IMG/VR virus record: IMGVR_UViG_3300043427_002205
Source of the DNA: an uncultured virus (IMG/VR IMGVR_UViG_3300043427_002205)
Taxonomy: Duplodnaviria > Heunggongvirae > Uroviricota > Caudoviricetes
Length of the DNA: 64,000 nt
Strand: one strand, 5' to 3'
Below the pieces are notes generated by a model. That model made no database searches and was not told the DNA's origin. It saw nothing but the letters and a program-made list of their open reading frames with translations. The translations under genes were made by a program, and so were the position numbers. Below, in pieces: positions 36,767 through 47,166 of this stretch (its first letter is position 1; each line of letters starts with the position of its first letter).

Positions 36767-37645
36767 CTACTCTTCAGAAAACGGATTAGACTCAGTAAAA
36801 TCAATAAATTCAATATCATTAAAGGCTTTATTCTGACTAGAGTAATCATCTTTAATGTCAGATGTATCTATATTTTCAGATAATGTTGCCTGAGCATTAC
36901 TAATTGAGCCTTTTATATTGCCATTAATTGAAACAAAATCTCCGTAGACATCTTTTATTTTCATTTCTGTAGCAGATGCATACTCAATAAATCTTGCTCT
37001 GGATGTTGCACTTAAAATGCTATCGCCCTGAAATATTAATTCATTTTCAGTAAATGTTCCTGTAGAATTTTGTATCTTTAACACAAATACTTCAGAACCA
37101 TCGGCAATATTTTCATCCAAATCTGCGATGCCAGTAGATATATTTTCATCTTGAAATGCATATTGTTCACAGCGCAAGTCGAACGTGTAAAATTCTCCAA
37201 GATTATAGAATGTGCTTGCCTCATTAACAAACATAATTTCATATAAACCAACTGCTGTACTTAATGGCAAATATATTAAATCTCCTTCTCTCGGTCGAGT
37301 CATCTCCGAGCCAAATACTTTAGAAAATGATCGCCTAGATATTGAAAAAGTTATCTGATTTCTTATCTCTAAACCAAATTTGCTTAATACGTTACCGTCA
37401 CCTTGAAATCCATCAAAATCTCTTACGTATACTTCTATGTGGTGGTAATCATTAAAATTAGCTAAGGGGTCTTCTCTTAAAATAGGATCGACTTTTTCCA
37501 AATTTCTAGGAATATAGATAACATCTATCGCATGAATTTTTATTGATTCTTCAACCAAATCTTGCAATAGATTTTGTTCGGTTTTTTGGCGGTATAAATT
37601 GAAGTATTTATTGCTAGGCACAGATAAATCCCCTAAATTAACCAA
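36767..37645 (-). CDS. gp14: Neck protein
   Basis: EQNLLQDLVEESIKI, YIPR, SKFGLEI, RPREGDLIYLP. Confidence 0.93.
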   Translation of the reverse strand: MVNLGDLSVPSNKYFNLYRQKTEQNLLQDLVEESIKIHAIDVIYIPRNLEKVDPILREDPLANFNDYHHIEVYVRDFDGFQGDGNVLSKFGLEIRNQITFSISRRSFSKVFGSEMTRPREGDLIYLPLSTAVGLYEIMFVNEASTFYNLGEFYTFDLRCEQYAFQDENISTGIADLDENIADGSEVFVLKIQNSTGTFTENELIFQGDSILSATSRARFIEYASATEMKIKDVYGDFVSINGNIKGSISNAQATLSENIDTSDIKDDYSSQNKAFNDIEFIDFTESNPFSEE

Positions 37646-38867
37646 CTAAAAATTCTGGTGGAAATTCAAACTCTTTCCTAACTCGGTCTCTAAGTATTCT
37701 TATTTCTTCAACGCCCTCATCATATATCTGTTGTCCGTTTAAAGTCACACCTCCGGGCAAAGATATTCCTGAATATTTTTTTAAATTCGCACCCCACTGC
37801 ATTTTTAATAGCCCATATGCATATTCTCGAACAAATTCATCAGTATATATTTCAGTGTATACTGATGGATTTAATGCTATCCAAGCCTCAAAGATAACCC
37901 ACTTGTCTATCATTGATGGACGCAAATCTACATACACACGATCAGTTTTTCTGTTAAATCTTATGCCTTGAACTCCCCTAAACATAAATTCCCACATACT
38001 TATATATCTTTTATATATATCGTAAGTGACCAAATCGGTGGAGGCCAAATTAAACATATTATTGAGAGCAAATTGATACTGAAAATCAAACATACCACCA
38101 AGATTTCCACCAATAGTTGATGATTGTTGTGGAATTATATTGGTGATGCTAATTGCCTTTGTTCCTATATGAATATATTTTGTATCTATGTTGCCTAAAG
38201 TTATTGCTAAATCTGTATTTTGTATTGTTACCGGATTAGCCACACTTTCTATAGTAACTTGTTCGCCCGGAATAAAACATTTATCATTGTTTGTATAAAA
38301 CCTAATTATGCTACCATCCGTATTTTTGTCGTAAAAAGTTGCTATAGTGCCGCTTAGTGCCCCAACCATAGCTGCACCAACTTCAGGCGAATCTAATAAA
38401 GCAGTTTGCAACTTCATAGTTGAAGCTGTAATTTGATGATGTAAGTATGACCTTTGAATTCCGTCAAAATGATAGTCTCTAAAATAAAGTAGCGCCTCAT
38501 CAATGCGGTCTTCAATTTGTTGGTCATCTAAGTTTATATCTAATACCGGAGCACCTAATCTCCTTAAACACCAATGAATTAAGTTTTTTCTTCCGGCAAT
38601 TGAATTTGGTGTAGCTGCCTCGTCTGCTGGAGGAACATACACTTCGATCATGTAATTTGCCAATACAATATCAGAAGAGTCAACATCAAAATTGAATGTT
38701 ATGATGTTATCTTCTATTGTATAATCACTTAAGCTACTAGAATTTTGCAATAATCCATTTAAAAATATTGACTGAGTTCCTTGTATCGGAAATTTAGATA
38801 ATGTATATGTTCTTGCTCCTAACTTTTGTGGCGTTTCATTAGTAACAAAATATTGCTGAATAGACAT
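37638..38867 (-). CDS. gp13: Neck protein with N-terminal extra domain and internal insertion
   Basis: CLRRLGAPVLDIN..DQIEDRIDEAL...YHFDG, KMQWGANLKKYSGISLPGGVTLNG, PPEFLVG. Confidence 0.92.
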   Translation of the reverse strand: MSIQQYFVTNETPQKLGARTYTLSKFPIQGTQSIFLNGLLQNSSSLSDYTIEDNIITFNFDVDSSDIVLANYMIEVYVPPADEAATPNSIAGRKNLIHWCLRRLGAPVLDINLDDQQIEDRIDEALLYFRDYHFDGIQRSYLHHQITASTMKLQTALLDSPEVGAAMVGALSGTIATFYDKNTDGSIIRFYTNNDKCFIPGEQVTIESVANPVTIQNTDLAITLGNIDTKYIHIGTKAISITNIIPQQSSTIGGNLGGMFDFQYQFALNNMFNLASTDLVTYDIYKRYISMWEFMFRGVQGIRFNRKTDRVYVDLRPSMIDKWVIFEAWIALNPSVYTEIYTDEFVREYAYGLLKMQWGANLKKYSGISLPGGVTLNGQQIYDEGVEEIRILRDRVRKEFEFPPEFLVG

Positions 38868-38896
38868 ATATTAATCCGATGTTAAAAATATAATAG

Positions 38897-38904
38897 TATT
38901 TATC
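38897..38904 (-). promoter_or_regulatory. Late promoter (GATAAATA) for gp13
   Basis: Motif in the intergenic region. Confidence 0.55.
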
Positions 38905-38908
38905 TGCA

Positions 38909-39862
38909 CTAAGCCGATACCGCAACCGCCAACTTAGCAGCATCAACAGCTTTTTGAGTTGTACTTTCTTTAGCTGGATCAGATGGTAAGTTATCAGTCT
39001 TGGTTTTAATGGCAGAAATACTTATATTATCTGGTGCGACATATCCTGAAATTGGCAATCTAGTAGTTATGTTAGCATCAATTCTAGCAAGTTCAGTAGA
39101 CAATTCAGTTCTAACTTGAGTTGCTATTTGAGTTGTTGTTGGAATATCACCTGTCGCAGCGGGACTTGACGGTAAGTTATCGGTTTTTAATTTTATGGCT
39201 GCAATACTTGTATTATCTGGCGATATGTATGAAGAAATTGGCAATCTTGTACTAACCGCAACATCTAATTTTGTACTATTAGTATCAATTTCTTGTCTAA
39301 TTTGAGAACTGGTAGGTGGGGTTACATATGTTGTTGTTGCAAGTCTTGTGCTAATCGGCACATCAATTCTATCTAATTCTGTGGTTAATGAATTTCTAAC
39401 AGCGGTGGCAATAGAGTTTGTTCCGCCACTAGAAAGTGTTCTAGTAGAATAGCTCCAAATATCTGCTGCCGAGGCACCGCCTCCACCACCACTGGTTGTA
39501 ACTACTGTGGCGTTAGCAGACTGAATTAGGAGGGCTTGAACTCCGGCTGAGTATGCGATTGGGTCTCCGCTTGGACCTCCGATGAGGTTGCCTCCTGCGA
39601 CACGGGCGATATAGTTCCCCGCCGCAAAACCAAGCTGCCACGTCCCCAATAATTCGACCGTAAGTCCGACTTGGACTCCTGGGCCGAGTTGGTCAAGTCC
39701 TGTTCCTTTTGCGATTCTGTCATATATAATTCCTTCCTCCGACATTTGGGCTAATTTTACAGCATCATATAATACGGAACAATCAACATCTGTGACTCCA
39801 GAGTCTATCTGTATCAAAGATGTGTCAAAATTAAATGTAAATGGTTCTATGTAATATGGCAT
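38909..39862 (-). CDS. Putative virion protein with three internal repeats
   Basis: Repeats of R..L.TEL.RID..ISTRL....Y..P(DN.SI.AIK.KTDNLP). Confidence 0.65.
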   Translation of the reverse strand: MPYYIEPFTFNFDTSLIQIDSGVTDVDCSVLYDAVKLAQMSEEGIIYDRIAKGTGLDQLGPGVQVGLTVELLGTWQLGFAAGNYIARVAGGNLIGGPSGDPIAYSAGVQALLIQSANATVVTTSGGGGGASAADIWSYSTRTLSSGGTNSIATAVRNSLTTELDRIDVPISTRLATTTYVTPPTSSQIRQEIDTNSTKLDVAVSTRLPISSYISPDNTSIAAIKLKTDNLPSSPAATGDIPTTTQIATQVRTELSTELARIDANITTRLPISGYVAPDNISISAIKTKTDNLPSDPAKESTTQKAVDAAKLAVAVSA

Positions 39863-39865
39863 AAA

Positions 39866-41308
39866 CTATACGTCACTATTTCTTGATGCGTTTACTGAAG
39901 CTCCTGTTGAAGATACTGTTACCGTAGTTGCAAACGGTATAATAGGACTCACCCCAGAGCCATTTCTAACATCCACTCTAGCAGTAAATACTGTGTTAAA
40001 AGTAAAACTTGAAGCCAAATTAGTTGTGGTTGCTTGAGTGTCTATATATGGAACAAAAACATCGTCAGTCGTCACAATATTTTCTAATAAAGTTGGTGAC
40101 AATCCATTAAAAGTTTTGGTTGCTGTTGTGTAGCTAGTGTATGTATATCGTTTATTTTTGATGCGAATAACACCACTTGTTGGAGTATCAGAAGGAATAC
40201 TTTCAACTATAGTTAATGCAGTTGCACCCGAACTTGCCGTAACCGGAGTAAATTGGTCTTTAATAATATTTCCAGAACCATCTGCTCTAGTAACCAAAAC
40301 TCGATCTCCACTTACCAAGTTTCCAATATTTATTGTTGCTAATATTGGGGGTGATTGCGTTGTTCCATCATGAGCTATTAACTGATACTTTGTAGATTCT
40401 GCTGGCAAAACTCCGGTTAAGAACCAACCTTGAGCTACGAAAAAAGTTCCTCCGGCAAAGGTCCCAAACGGTGCTGAAGCAATCTCAGGGTACGCCACAT
40501 TTAATTTTCTATATCTCCAGCCAGGAATACTATTTATGGTATCGGTGCTATCTTCTCTGGTTATATATTGAAGATATTGATATGCTTCTTGTAGAGTGCA
40601 AGAGTTGGATAGAGTTATAGTTCCCTTATATAATTTAGGTCCGTTTCCGTTTCCTAAATCTTGAGTCGTGTCACCCGCAGTTATGGTAACTTTGCTACTT
40701 AATGCGGCAGCCTGAGCTTCAGTCAAAACTATAGCAGAATCTAAAGTTGTGCTTAAAGCTGCTGGAGACTCACCTCCAGCCGCAAGGTTGGTGTCGAAGT
40801 GAGAGTATGTTTGTCCCCACTTGCGAGAAAATGCAGTTACGTTTCCAGAATCAATAAAGGCATTTGCGGTTTTGACTTTAATCAAAATGCGAATGTGACC
40901 ATCATCCCAAAACTTTGTAAGTTTAGCGTTATTCTGAACCACATACATCGGCGAGTTTTCAACAATACCACCGATAGTTTGCAAACCCGAATATTGTACT
41001 GCTGTTCCGTTTTGCTTGATTGATCCGAAATTAATGTATTGAGCCGCAGTATCATCAATATTAAATGATATTGCGCCAGATCCTAGTAAATTTAATCGAG
41101 ACGCCACGTCCGGATCTCTAGGACCGTCTAATTTAGATGGATTTGGAGATAAAATATCAAGATTATCATTGTCTGAAAAAATCTCATTATCAGCCAAATC
41201 TTGAAGCCACTTATGCAATTCCAATACAGTATATACCTGCGTTCCCGAAATGTGCCTAATGTCACCAGTTGCGCTAATACTAAACTCTGTTGGGTTAATA
41301 TCTGGCAT
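39866..41308 (-). CDS. Putative virion/tail-associated structural protein
   Basis: Long T/S/G-rich ORF in the tail cluster with an AGGAG SD. Confidence 0.65.
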   Translation of the reverse strand: MPDINPTEFSISATGDIRHISGTQVYTVLELHKWLQDLADNEIFSDNDNLDILSPNPSKLDGPRDPDVASRLNLLGSGAISFNIDDTAAQYINFGSIKQNGTAVQYSGLQTIGGIVENSPMYVVQNNAKLTKFWDDGHIRILIKVKTANAFIDSGNVTAFSRKWGQTYSHFDTNLAAGGESPAALSTTLDSAIVLTEAQAAALSSKVTITAGDTTQDLGNGNGPKLYKGTITLSNSCTLQEAYQYLQYITREDSTDTINSIPGWRYRKLNVAYPEIASAPFGTFAGGTFFVAQGWFLTGVLPAESTKYQLIAHDGTTQSPPILATINIGNLVSGDRVLVTRADGSGNIIKDQFTPVTASSGATALTIVESIPSDTPTSGVIRIKNKRYTYTSYTTATKTFNGLSPTLLENIVTTDDVFVPYIDTQATTTNLASSFTFNTVFTARVDVRNGSGVSPIIPFATTVTVSSTGASVNASRNSDV

Positions 41309-41317
41309 AAAATCTCC

Positions 41318-44300
41318 TTATTCGTCCAAAATCTGATTGGCGGTCTGTGTATTATTAGAATTGCTTAAAATTGTTGAGGTTTTCCACTCTTGATAATATG
41401 GGCTTGCTGTTCCTTTACGCACAACTATCTCAATCGGAATGTCTACGGTGTGCGTGTAGGTGTAAGCGAAGCTACCAGTAGTAACAGTCTGATTGGCAAT
41501 CACGGCAAGCGTGTCGGTACGACGGATCAAGATGCGTGAATCGGTTACGATGTTACTGACCGTCAAGGTGTAGGAGGCTGCTGGAGAATAGTAGGTTCCG
41601 TCATCAGCTTGCATACGAGCGAACCCAGGCACTTCGTTGCCAGAGCCGTCTACTACTCGCACACCCTTTAGTGTCGCTCCTGCTGAGCCGTATAGAACTC
41701 CACGAGCGGTTTCGTAGCCAGTACCTACAGGAATTACCATCACTGGCAGAGCCGTATTATGGAACCCGCTAAGTAGGTTGTAGTCGTCTTGTGCAGTCTG
41801 CCACGAAAGATACTGAGCAATAGTTGCTGCACTAGAGCCGTCTGTGACTGTTACCGTGATTGACCATTGCTTGCTATTCCATGTGACCGGAGACGCTCCG
41901 TGATTGGTAATCGTAATAGCCTTAGCGCCTGGGTTGGTGTCAGGGATTGCATTGTCGAGCTGCGAAACTGGAATAGAAGCAACCCGTTCAGTGAGTGTAA
42001 ATCCAAGGTCGATTGCGTCATACCCTGGTTTACGCACTCTCAACATTACGCTTGTGTTTGCATACCAATCGGGAATGAGCGTAACTGAAGCACTACCAGT
42101 TCTAGTTTCTAAACGCTTACCATCGGACACTCTAAAGATTGAATAAACGGAACTCGAAAGCCCATTTATTACTGTGACCGGAGGATTGTTGTATGGATAC
42201 GGATTAGCCGCACAAGCGACTGCGCTGGTTACACCGTATATGTGAATTCTTGTAAGTGTATTAGTTGCGTTTGAAGTGTTTACAAGCGCACGAACTCTTA
42301 GCCGTACACCAGTGGGTGATATGCCAGTTTCTGCGGAAAGGTTTGCTGCTGTAAGAGCTTTGAACGTACCACTAAATCCAGAGCCTTTATCCAGGTCATA
42401 TGTCAAAGTGAAGTTAGCAATGTTTGTGCCGCTTATAGCAGGAGTAGTGTTGGCAAACGAGGTCAACCCAAGGATAGCATAGCTCCACGTCCATGTGATT
42501 TGATTACCTGCTGTTGGCATTGCTAAAGCACCGTTACGAATCAGCGGACCACCGGAATCCTCTGTGTAAGCGTTTGCATCAAGCACCGAACCACTAAACT
42601 TTTCGCTTCCTGTGTTGATATAAAGACTTAAAGTTGTCGCTGACGTAAGTACATCAAGAAACATTGGTACACGGAGACCGCCACCAGCACCAGGCGTCCC
42701 CGCTGCTCCGATTACTCGCTGACCAATGCCCGAACAATACGTAGTGGCATAGGGAGCGGCTGCATACGATAACGGATTGCCGCTTTCAGAAACGTAAAAG
42801 TCATTACCTGAGCCATTGGCCGAACCAACGGGAATGCTAGTGCTATAGCCAGCTCCAGGTACAACATAGACTTTGGACATATGACAATCAGAAATACCAC
42901 CAACCGAGATGAAAGCTCTAGCTGATGCTACTGTTGGGCCTTGTGCAGTAAACGGTGCGCTTGGTGTTCCAATATCTCTAAAGTGTACACGAGTACAGTT
43001 GTTGTTCATGGTGAAAAAATCAAAGAGCGGCCAATAAGGATAGCCTGGAACGTAATCCATGCCGATAAACACACCATCTGAACATGCTGTCAAATTTATC
43101 GCAGAGCCGTTACCGGCACTTAAACTAGGTAAAGTTGGGTGCAATCTCGATGAAATTTTTGTGTTTGTGTAAGTAAAATTAGAGCAAGCTGTAAGACTCA
43201 AAGAAAAGGCATTTGTAGCACTTCCTATCAACATCTCATTGTTAGCAGTGATATTTGAACAATAATTCAGTGCTACACTTGGAGCGTTTGCAGCATATAC
43301 ATAAAGATTATTTGATAATGTTATGTTTTTACAGTTGTTAATGCTTAATGCAGCACTTCTAGTGCCTCTGTAAAAAGTACAGTTTGAAATACTGACGCTA
43401 CTTGATTCTCGAATAAAAACACCAGGGCTGGTAGTGCTAAAAACACCAATGCCGCAATTCGACAATATAAGTTGTTCTGTTATCGTAGCAGCATTTTCGG
43501 CATTACTAACGCCATCTAAAATTGCACTGTTAATGTAAGTTGCATAAAAAGCTTGTTTTTCTGGACGACCTGCGTGTCCCGCAAAAATAGCCTTGTTCAT
43601 TGTAAACGGACCGCCACCTCTAAAGTGTGGTCTTTCTCGTGGTGCTACTGCTGTCGTTAATTGCGAGGCATTACTATATGCACTTCGCATACAGATGTTA
43701 GGCACTTGTATTTTTGCGCCAGATGGAGGCAGTTTGCCCCATGTTGAGCCGCCGAAGGTAATTAGCCCCGTACTTCCGCAGGTAAATATCCTGTGCCCCG
43801 TGTCCATGTTTGTAGTGCTATCAACAGCACAATACCACTCATACACTCCGCTGCCTGACGCTGTTTCAATTTGTACTGCTGGGCAGTAGTCACCTGCATA
43901 ATGCTGTAGTGTCATTCCAGCAACACCAGTAGCCGTGCCTAATTCAAACCAATCTCCATTAAAGTTTACAACCCCTTGGTATGTAGTTTGAATTCCGTTT
44001 TCAGCCTGGAAGTTTCCGTTTGACGCCATGTGGAACTCAAGCCAACCACGCTGGCCACCTGTAGCTGAATTGACTGTCGCCGTTGCTCCACCTGCAAACG
44101 TCAGGACGTCGTTGTCGTTAATTGTGCCTGTTTTTCTGCGTAGCTTTACAAATCCGGTAGCTGGCATCGCAGTGCCAGGGGTGACTCTGACAGTGCCGAG
44201 CGCAGTATATACGCCGAGAAACTCTCCTACGTTCCCTCCGCTTACCGTTACGTCATCAGTGCCTTGAGTTCCTAATGCTGGAACATTTCCAGAAGACGCA

Positions 44301-44737
44301 TCAAAGGGAATCCACCATACAGTAGTGCCATCAAAGTTAAGTGTTCCGTTGCTGACGCTGTAGTAATAGGGATACGCCGCTTGTTGCGAATAAAGATTGT
44401 CTGAATTAACGGTAAGAGTGGCACCATTAGTAATGGTGTAAATTTCTTGATTATTAAGCGCTAAATTGAGATATGCAAAACCGTTAGTTGCACCAGACAC
44501 CGTAGCAAGAGCATTAGCTGTGAGAGTTAGTTGTGTGGTGCTTTGTATAGAAAGGACGTTTCCAAGGTATGTGGTGCCAGAGTAAATGGGACATCCAATA
44601 GGAGTATTTGTTGCATTAAACGCAGTTCCTACGCCGGTAATAATGGCACTTGAAGTAGATGAGGTGATAGAGCCAGCAAGCGCAGTAGCAAATGCGTCGT
44701 CAAAGTTTCTACTGGTTGTTGCTGTTACGTTAGCCAT
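41318..44737 (-). CDS. Tail spike/fibre-like protein with a central parallel beta-helix region
   Basis: Repeated xxNC/ACSN.T beta-helix-like motifs (SISNCTF, INNCKNITL, NYCSNITA, TACSNFTY). Confidence 0.7.
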   Translation of the reverse strand: MANVTATTSRNFDDAFATALAGSITSSTSSAIITGVGTAFNATNTPIGCPIYSGTTYLGNVLSIQSTTQLTLTANALATVSGATNGFAYLNLALNNQEIYTITNGATLTVNSDNLYSQQAAYPYYYSVSNGTLNFDGTTVWWIPFDASSGNVPALGTQGTDDVTVSGGNVGEFLGVYTALGTVRVTPGTAMPATGFVKLRRKTGTINDNDVLTFAGGATATVNSATGGQRGWLEFHMASNGNFQAENGIQTTYQGVVNFNGDWFELGTATGVAGMTLQHYAGDYCPAVQIETASGSGVYEWYCAVDSTTNMDTGHRIFTCGSTGLITFGGSTWGKLPPSGAKIQVPNICMRSAYSNASQLTTAVAPRERPHFRGGGPFTMNKAIFAGHAGRPEKQAFYATYINSAILDGVSNAENAATITEQLILSNCGIGVFSTTSPGVFIRESSSVSISNCTFYRGTRSAALSINNCKNITLSNNLYVYAANAPSVALNYCSNITANNEMLIGSATNAFSLSLTACSNFTYTNTKISSRLHPTLPSLSAGNGSAINLTACSDGVFIGMDYVPGYPYWPLFDFFTMNNNCTRVHFRDIGTPSAPFTAQGPTVASARAFISVGGISDCHMSKVYVVPGAGYSTSIPVGSANGSGNDFYVSESGNPLSYAAAPYATTYCSGIGQRVIGAAGTPGAGGGLRVPMFLDVLTSATTLSLYINTGSEKFSGSVLDANAYTEDSGGPLIRNGALAMPTAGNQITWTWSYAILGLTSFANTTPAISGTNIANFTLTYDLDKGSGFSGTFKALTAANLSAETGISPTGVRLRVRALVNTSNATNTLTRIHIYGVTSAVACAANPYPYNNPPVTVINGLSSSVYSIFRVSDGKRLETRTGSASVTLIPDWYANTSVMLRVRKPGYDAIDLGFTLTERVASIPVSQLDNAIPDTNPGAKAITITNHGASPVTWNSKQWSITVTVTDGSSAATIAQYLSWQTAQDDYNLLSGFHNTALPVMVIPVGTGYETARGVLYGSAGATLKGVRVVDGSGNEVPGFARMQADDGTYYSPAASYTLTVSNIVTDSRILIRRTDTLAVIANQTVTTGSFAYTYTHTVDIPIEIVVRKGTASPYYQEWKTSTILSNSNNTQTANQILDE

Positions 44738-44740
44738 AAA

Positions 44741-45805
44741 TTATACTTGTGTTTGTGTAATATTAGCCAAAGACCCATCTGGATTATAATTAAACACTTT
44801 AGTTATCGTTACTGTAGATTTATAATACTTTAATTCTGTTAAATTTCCTTCTGTATATGCAAATGTTTTGTAGTCACCGTTACTATAATCCAATCTAGTT
44901 AAAATTCCTGCCGTATATGTAAACACTGGACTTCTGCCAGGCAAATCTAAATTTATATCATCAACCACAGATTTTTCTGCTTTGTTATCTTGCAAAGTTT
45001 TACCTTGATTTGCAGATAGAGCATCTGTGGCGCTTGTGCTAGTTAAATTATCAATTACTGATGGTATTACAGGTTTATTTAGTATTTGGGCATCACCAAT
45101 ATTTGCGTTCCAATCAGCATTTACGTTTACTTCCGCACCAGCTTGAACGCCATCAAGTTTAACTTTATCATCGAAACTCATGAATCCGGAAATGGTCTGA
45201 GTTGCTATAGGATGCGTATGATTTGCTTCAGCCGCACCAACATCTGATGCAGTCAAAATCACCACACCAGTTTTTGCGTTTACGCTGGTTACGGGAGCAG
45301 CCGGAGGAGAAACATTTTTCCATAGATTTGCGGCTGAGTCGTATGTTAATACTTGTCCGTTTAAATTGCCACTGACTGCAACATCTGTGAGTTGGTCTAA
45401 TGATAGCAAATCAATTCTTAAATTGGTTGTATTGTCGGCTGAAATTCGTTGATTCTGCTCAGTGTTTATATTTTGTTGTAGAGTATTTTCTGCCTGAGTT
45501 GCACGAATAATTTCATCGCTTAAATCTTCGGCAACTTCTTGTATATCAGAGTCTAAATTTGCAATTAGACTATCAACATACGATTTATTGGTAGCATCGT
45601 TACTGTTGGTTGGTGTCAATAAATTTATCAGTTTATTATTTCCGGCATCTATATCGCCAGTAAATGCGATTGAGCCATTACGCTTAATAAGCTCTAGTCC
45701 TTCAGCCAACTTACTTAACTGAATGGCAGCATTTGCAGCCACCTCAGAGTCGGTAATTGTAAGCGGTTTAATCTGTGTATTACCACGGATCTTGGTTATT
45801 GGCAT
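44741..45805 (-). CDS. Tail fibre-like protein
   Basis: DATNKSYVD, coiled coil, LDQLTDV, VTSVNAKTGVV, HTH..AT...GFMS..DK.KLDG, ALSANQGK.L. Confidence 0.72.
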   Translation of the reverse strand: MPITKIRGNTQIKPLTITDSEVAANAAIQLSKLAEGLELIKRNGSIAFTGDIDAGNNKLINLLTPTNSNDATNKSYVDSLIANLDSDIQEVAEDLSDEIIRATQAENTLQQNINTEQNQRISADNTTNLRIDLLSLDQLTDVAVSGNLNGQVLTYDSAANLWKNVSPPAAPVTSVNAKTGVVILTASDVGAAEANHTHPIATQTISGFMSFDDKVKLDGVQAGAEVNVNADWNANIGDAQILNKPVIPSVIDNLTSTSATDALSANQGKTLQDNKAEKSVVDDINLDLPGRSPVFTYTAGILTRLDYSNGDYKTFAYTEGNLTELKYYKSTVTITKVFNYNPDGSLANITQTQV

Positions 45806-45843
45806 GGCAATTTAAGCTCTGTTGATAAACTATTGTTCTTTAG

Positions 45844-45851
45844 TATTTATA
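45844..45851 (-). promoter_or_regulatory. Late promoter TATAAATA
   Basis: Exact motif upstream of the 45805 start. Confidence 0.7.
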
Positions 45852-46391
45852 TTACAAAGGAACCATAAATATAGAATTTCCAGAAGATGCCAGTATAGAC
45901 CCAGAATTATTTTTTACATAAAATCCAGATTGAAAAAATGATACTGGAATATTGTCAAACTCTAATTTTTTAGGCGATAGTGTGGTGGAAACTGACAAAG
46001 AATAATAATTTGTACCATTATCTATTTTTATAGTTGGTGTTAATGCAGTTGGCTGATATTCACCTAAAATTATTATCACTTTACATACATCTGAGGTTCC
46101 AAAATTTAATCCAGAAATTGTCGAAGATTGCGAATTATCCGCTATAGAGTTTAATATAGTCTCACTTATCAAATATTGCTGAAATTCTGCAAAATTGTTT
46201 ATGGTTTGAAGTGCATTAAATATTTTATTCGATGTAGAAGACCCAAAATTATTAACTGATAAAATAGTACTTCTAGTATTGCTAGATAAGTAACTTAGTA
46301 GAGTTGTCTCTTCTAAGGTATAACTCAAATCTGTCGATGCTGAACCGTCAGGAGAAATAATTTCAACAGAAGTTCCTATAGGAAAAAGCAT
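45852..46391 (-). CDS. Hypothetical protein
   Basis: 179-aa ORF downstream of the holin. Confidence 0.6.
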   Translation of the reverse strand: MLFPIGTSVEIISPDGSASTDLSYTLEETTLLSYLSSNTRSTILSVNNFGSSTSNKIFNALQTINNFAEFQQYLISETILNSIADNSQSSTISGLNFGTSDVCKVIIILGEYQPTALTPTIKIDNGTNYYSLSVSTTLSPKKLEFDNIPVSFFQSGFYVKNNSGSILASSGNSIFMVPL

Positions 46392-46415
46392 ATCTAACTA
46401 TAAATCAAATATAAA

Positions 46416-46898
46416 TCAATCTTGTTTATCATGCCTAGTTGGTTTAACTGGCATCCTTTTCTCTCTTTCATTTGACAGCAAAATTATTAAGTCTTTTATA
46501 ACCCGATGAGAACTTATGCGATTTAAGTTTTCTAGAATTGATTTGGTTTCTGTTATTGCTATAAATCCAGAAACTATTGCTTCGATGGGCAAATCAAAAT
46601 CTGCCAATAAATACTTATGAACTATAAATGAAACTATTATAGTAGTAGAATATATTAAAATCTTGCTGATACTTCTAGACATCTTAGAACTTGTTATGGT
46701 TTGCTTTTCCTTTAATGATGCCCAGACGCCAGTTATAAAATCTATCGATATTAAAAAATAAACAGCAAAAATGGCAGATTTTATTGGTGCTAAAAGAGAC
46801 ACCGCAATAATTAGCCAGCTTTTTATAGCCGCAGCAAAATTACTTAAGTCAAAATAACTAAACACGCTTTTTAAATAAAATTTAATATGTTGAAGCAT
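46416..46898 (-). CDS. Holin (toxin secretion/phage lysis holin-like)
   Basis: Three hydrophobic segments, IDFITGV.AS, ITSS.M, E.KSILENL, basic C-tail. Start set at ATG 46898 (GGAG SD). Confidence 0.78.
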   Translation of the reverse strand: MLQHIKFYLKSVFSYFDLSNFAAAIKSWLIIAVSLLAPIKSAIFAVYFLISIDFITGVWASLKEKQTITSSKMSRSISKILIYSTTIIVSFIVHKYLLADFDLPIEAIVSGFIAITETKSILENLNRISSHRVIKDLIILLSNEREKRMPVKPTRHDKQD

Positions 46899-46972
46899 TA
46901 TTATAGTTACTCCACTAAATGTCATATAAATGTATATTGAATAACCACACCGGTTGTGATAAAATGCATAAT

Positions 46973-46980
46973 TATTTATA
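46973..46980 (-). promoter_or_regulatory. Late promoter TATAAATA for the holin
   Basis: Exact motif upstream of the holin. Confidence 0.7.
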
Positions 46981-47004
46981 TTATAATTTTATAAAAGGTA
47001 AAGA

Positions 47005-47166
47005 ATGTCAGACCCTACAAACACAATAAAGATTGAATTGACTATGCAAGAAGCTGAGTTTATTCTGAATTTAATAAGCCAGCTATCAATTAGTCCGGTA
47101 TCAAAAGATGCTGCGCAAATTGTTCAATTGGTTCAAACTTTGGTGGCCAAATTTAAGCCACAATAA
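47005..47166 (+). CDS. 53-aa small protein; the only credible plus-strand gene
   Basis: Not in ORF track. MSDPTNTIKIELTMQEAEFILNLISQLSISPVSKDAAQIVQLVQTLVAKFKPQ; AAGGT SD; exactly fills an otherwise empty gap. Confidence 0.7.
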   Translation: MSDPTNTIKIELTMQEAEFILNLISQLSISPVSKDAAQIVQLVQTLVAKFKPQ

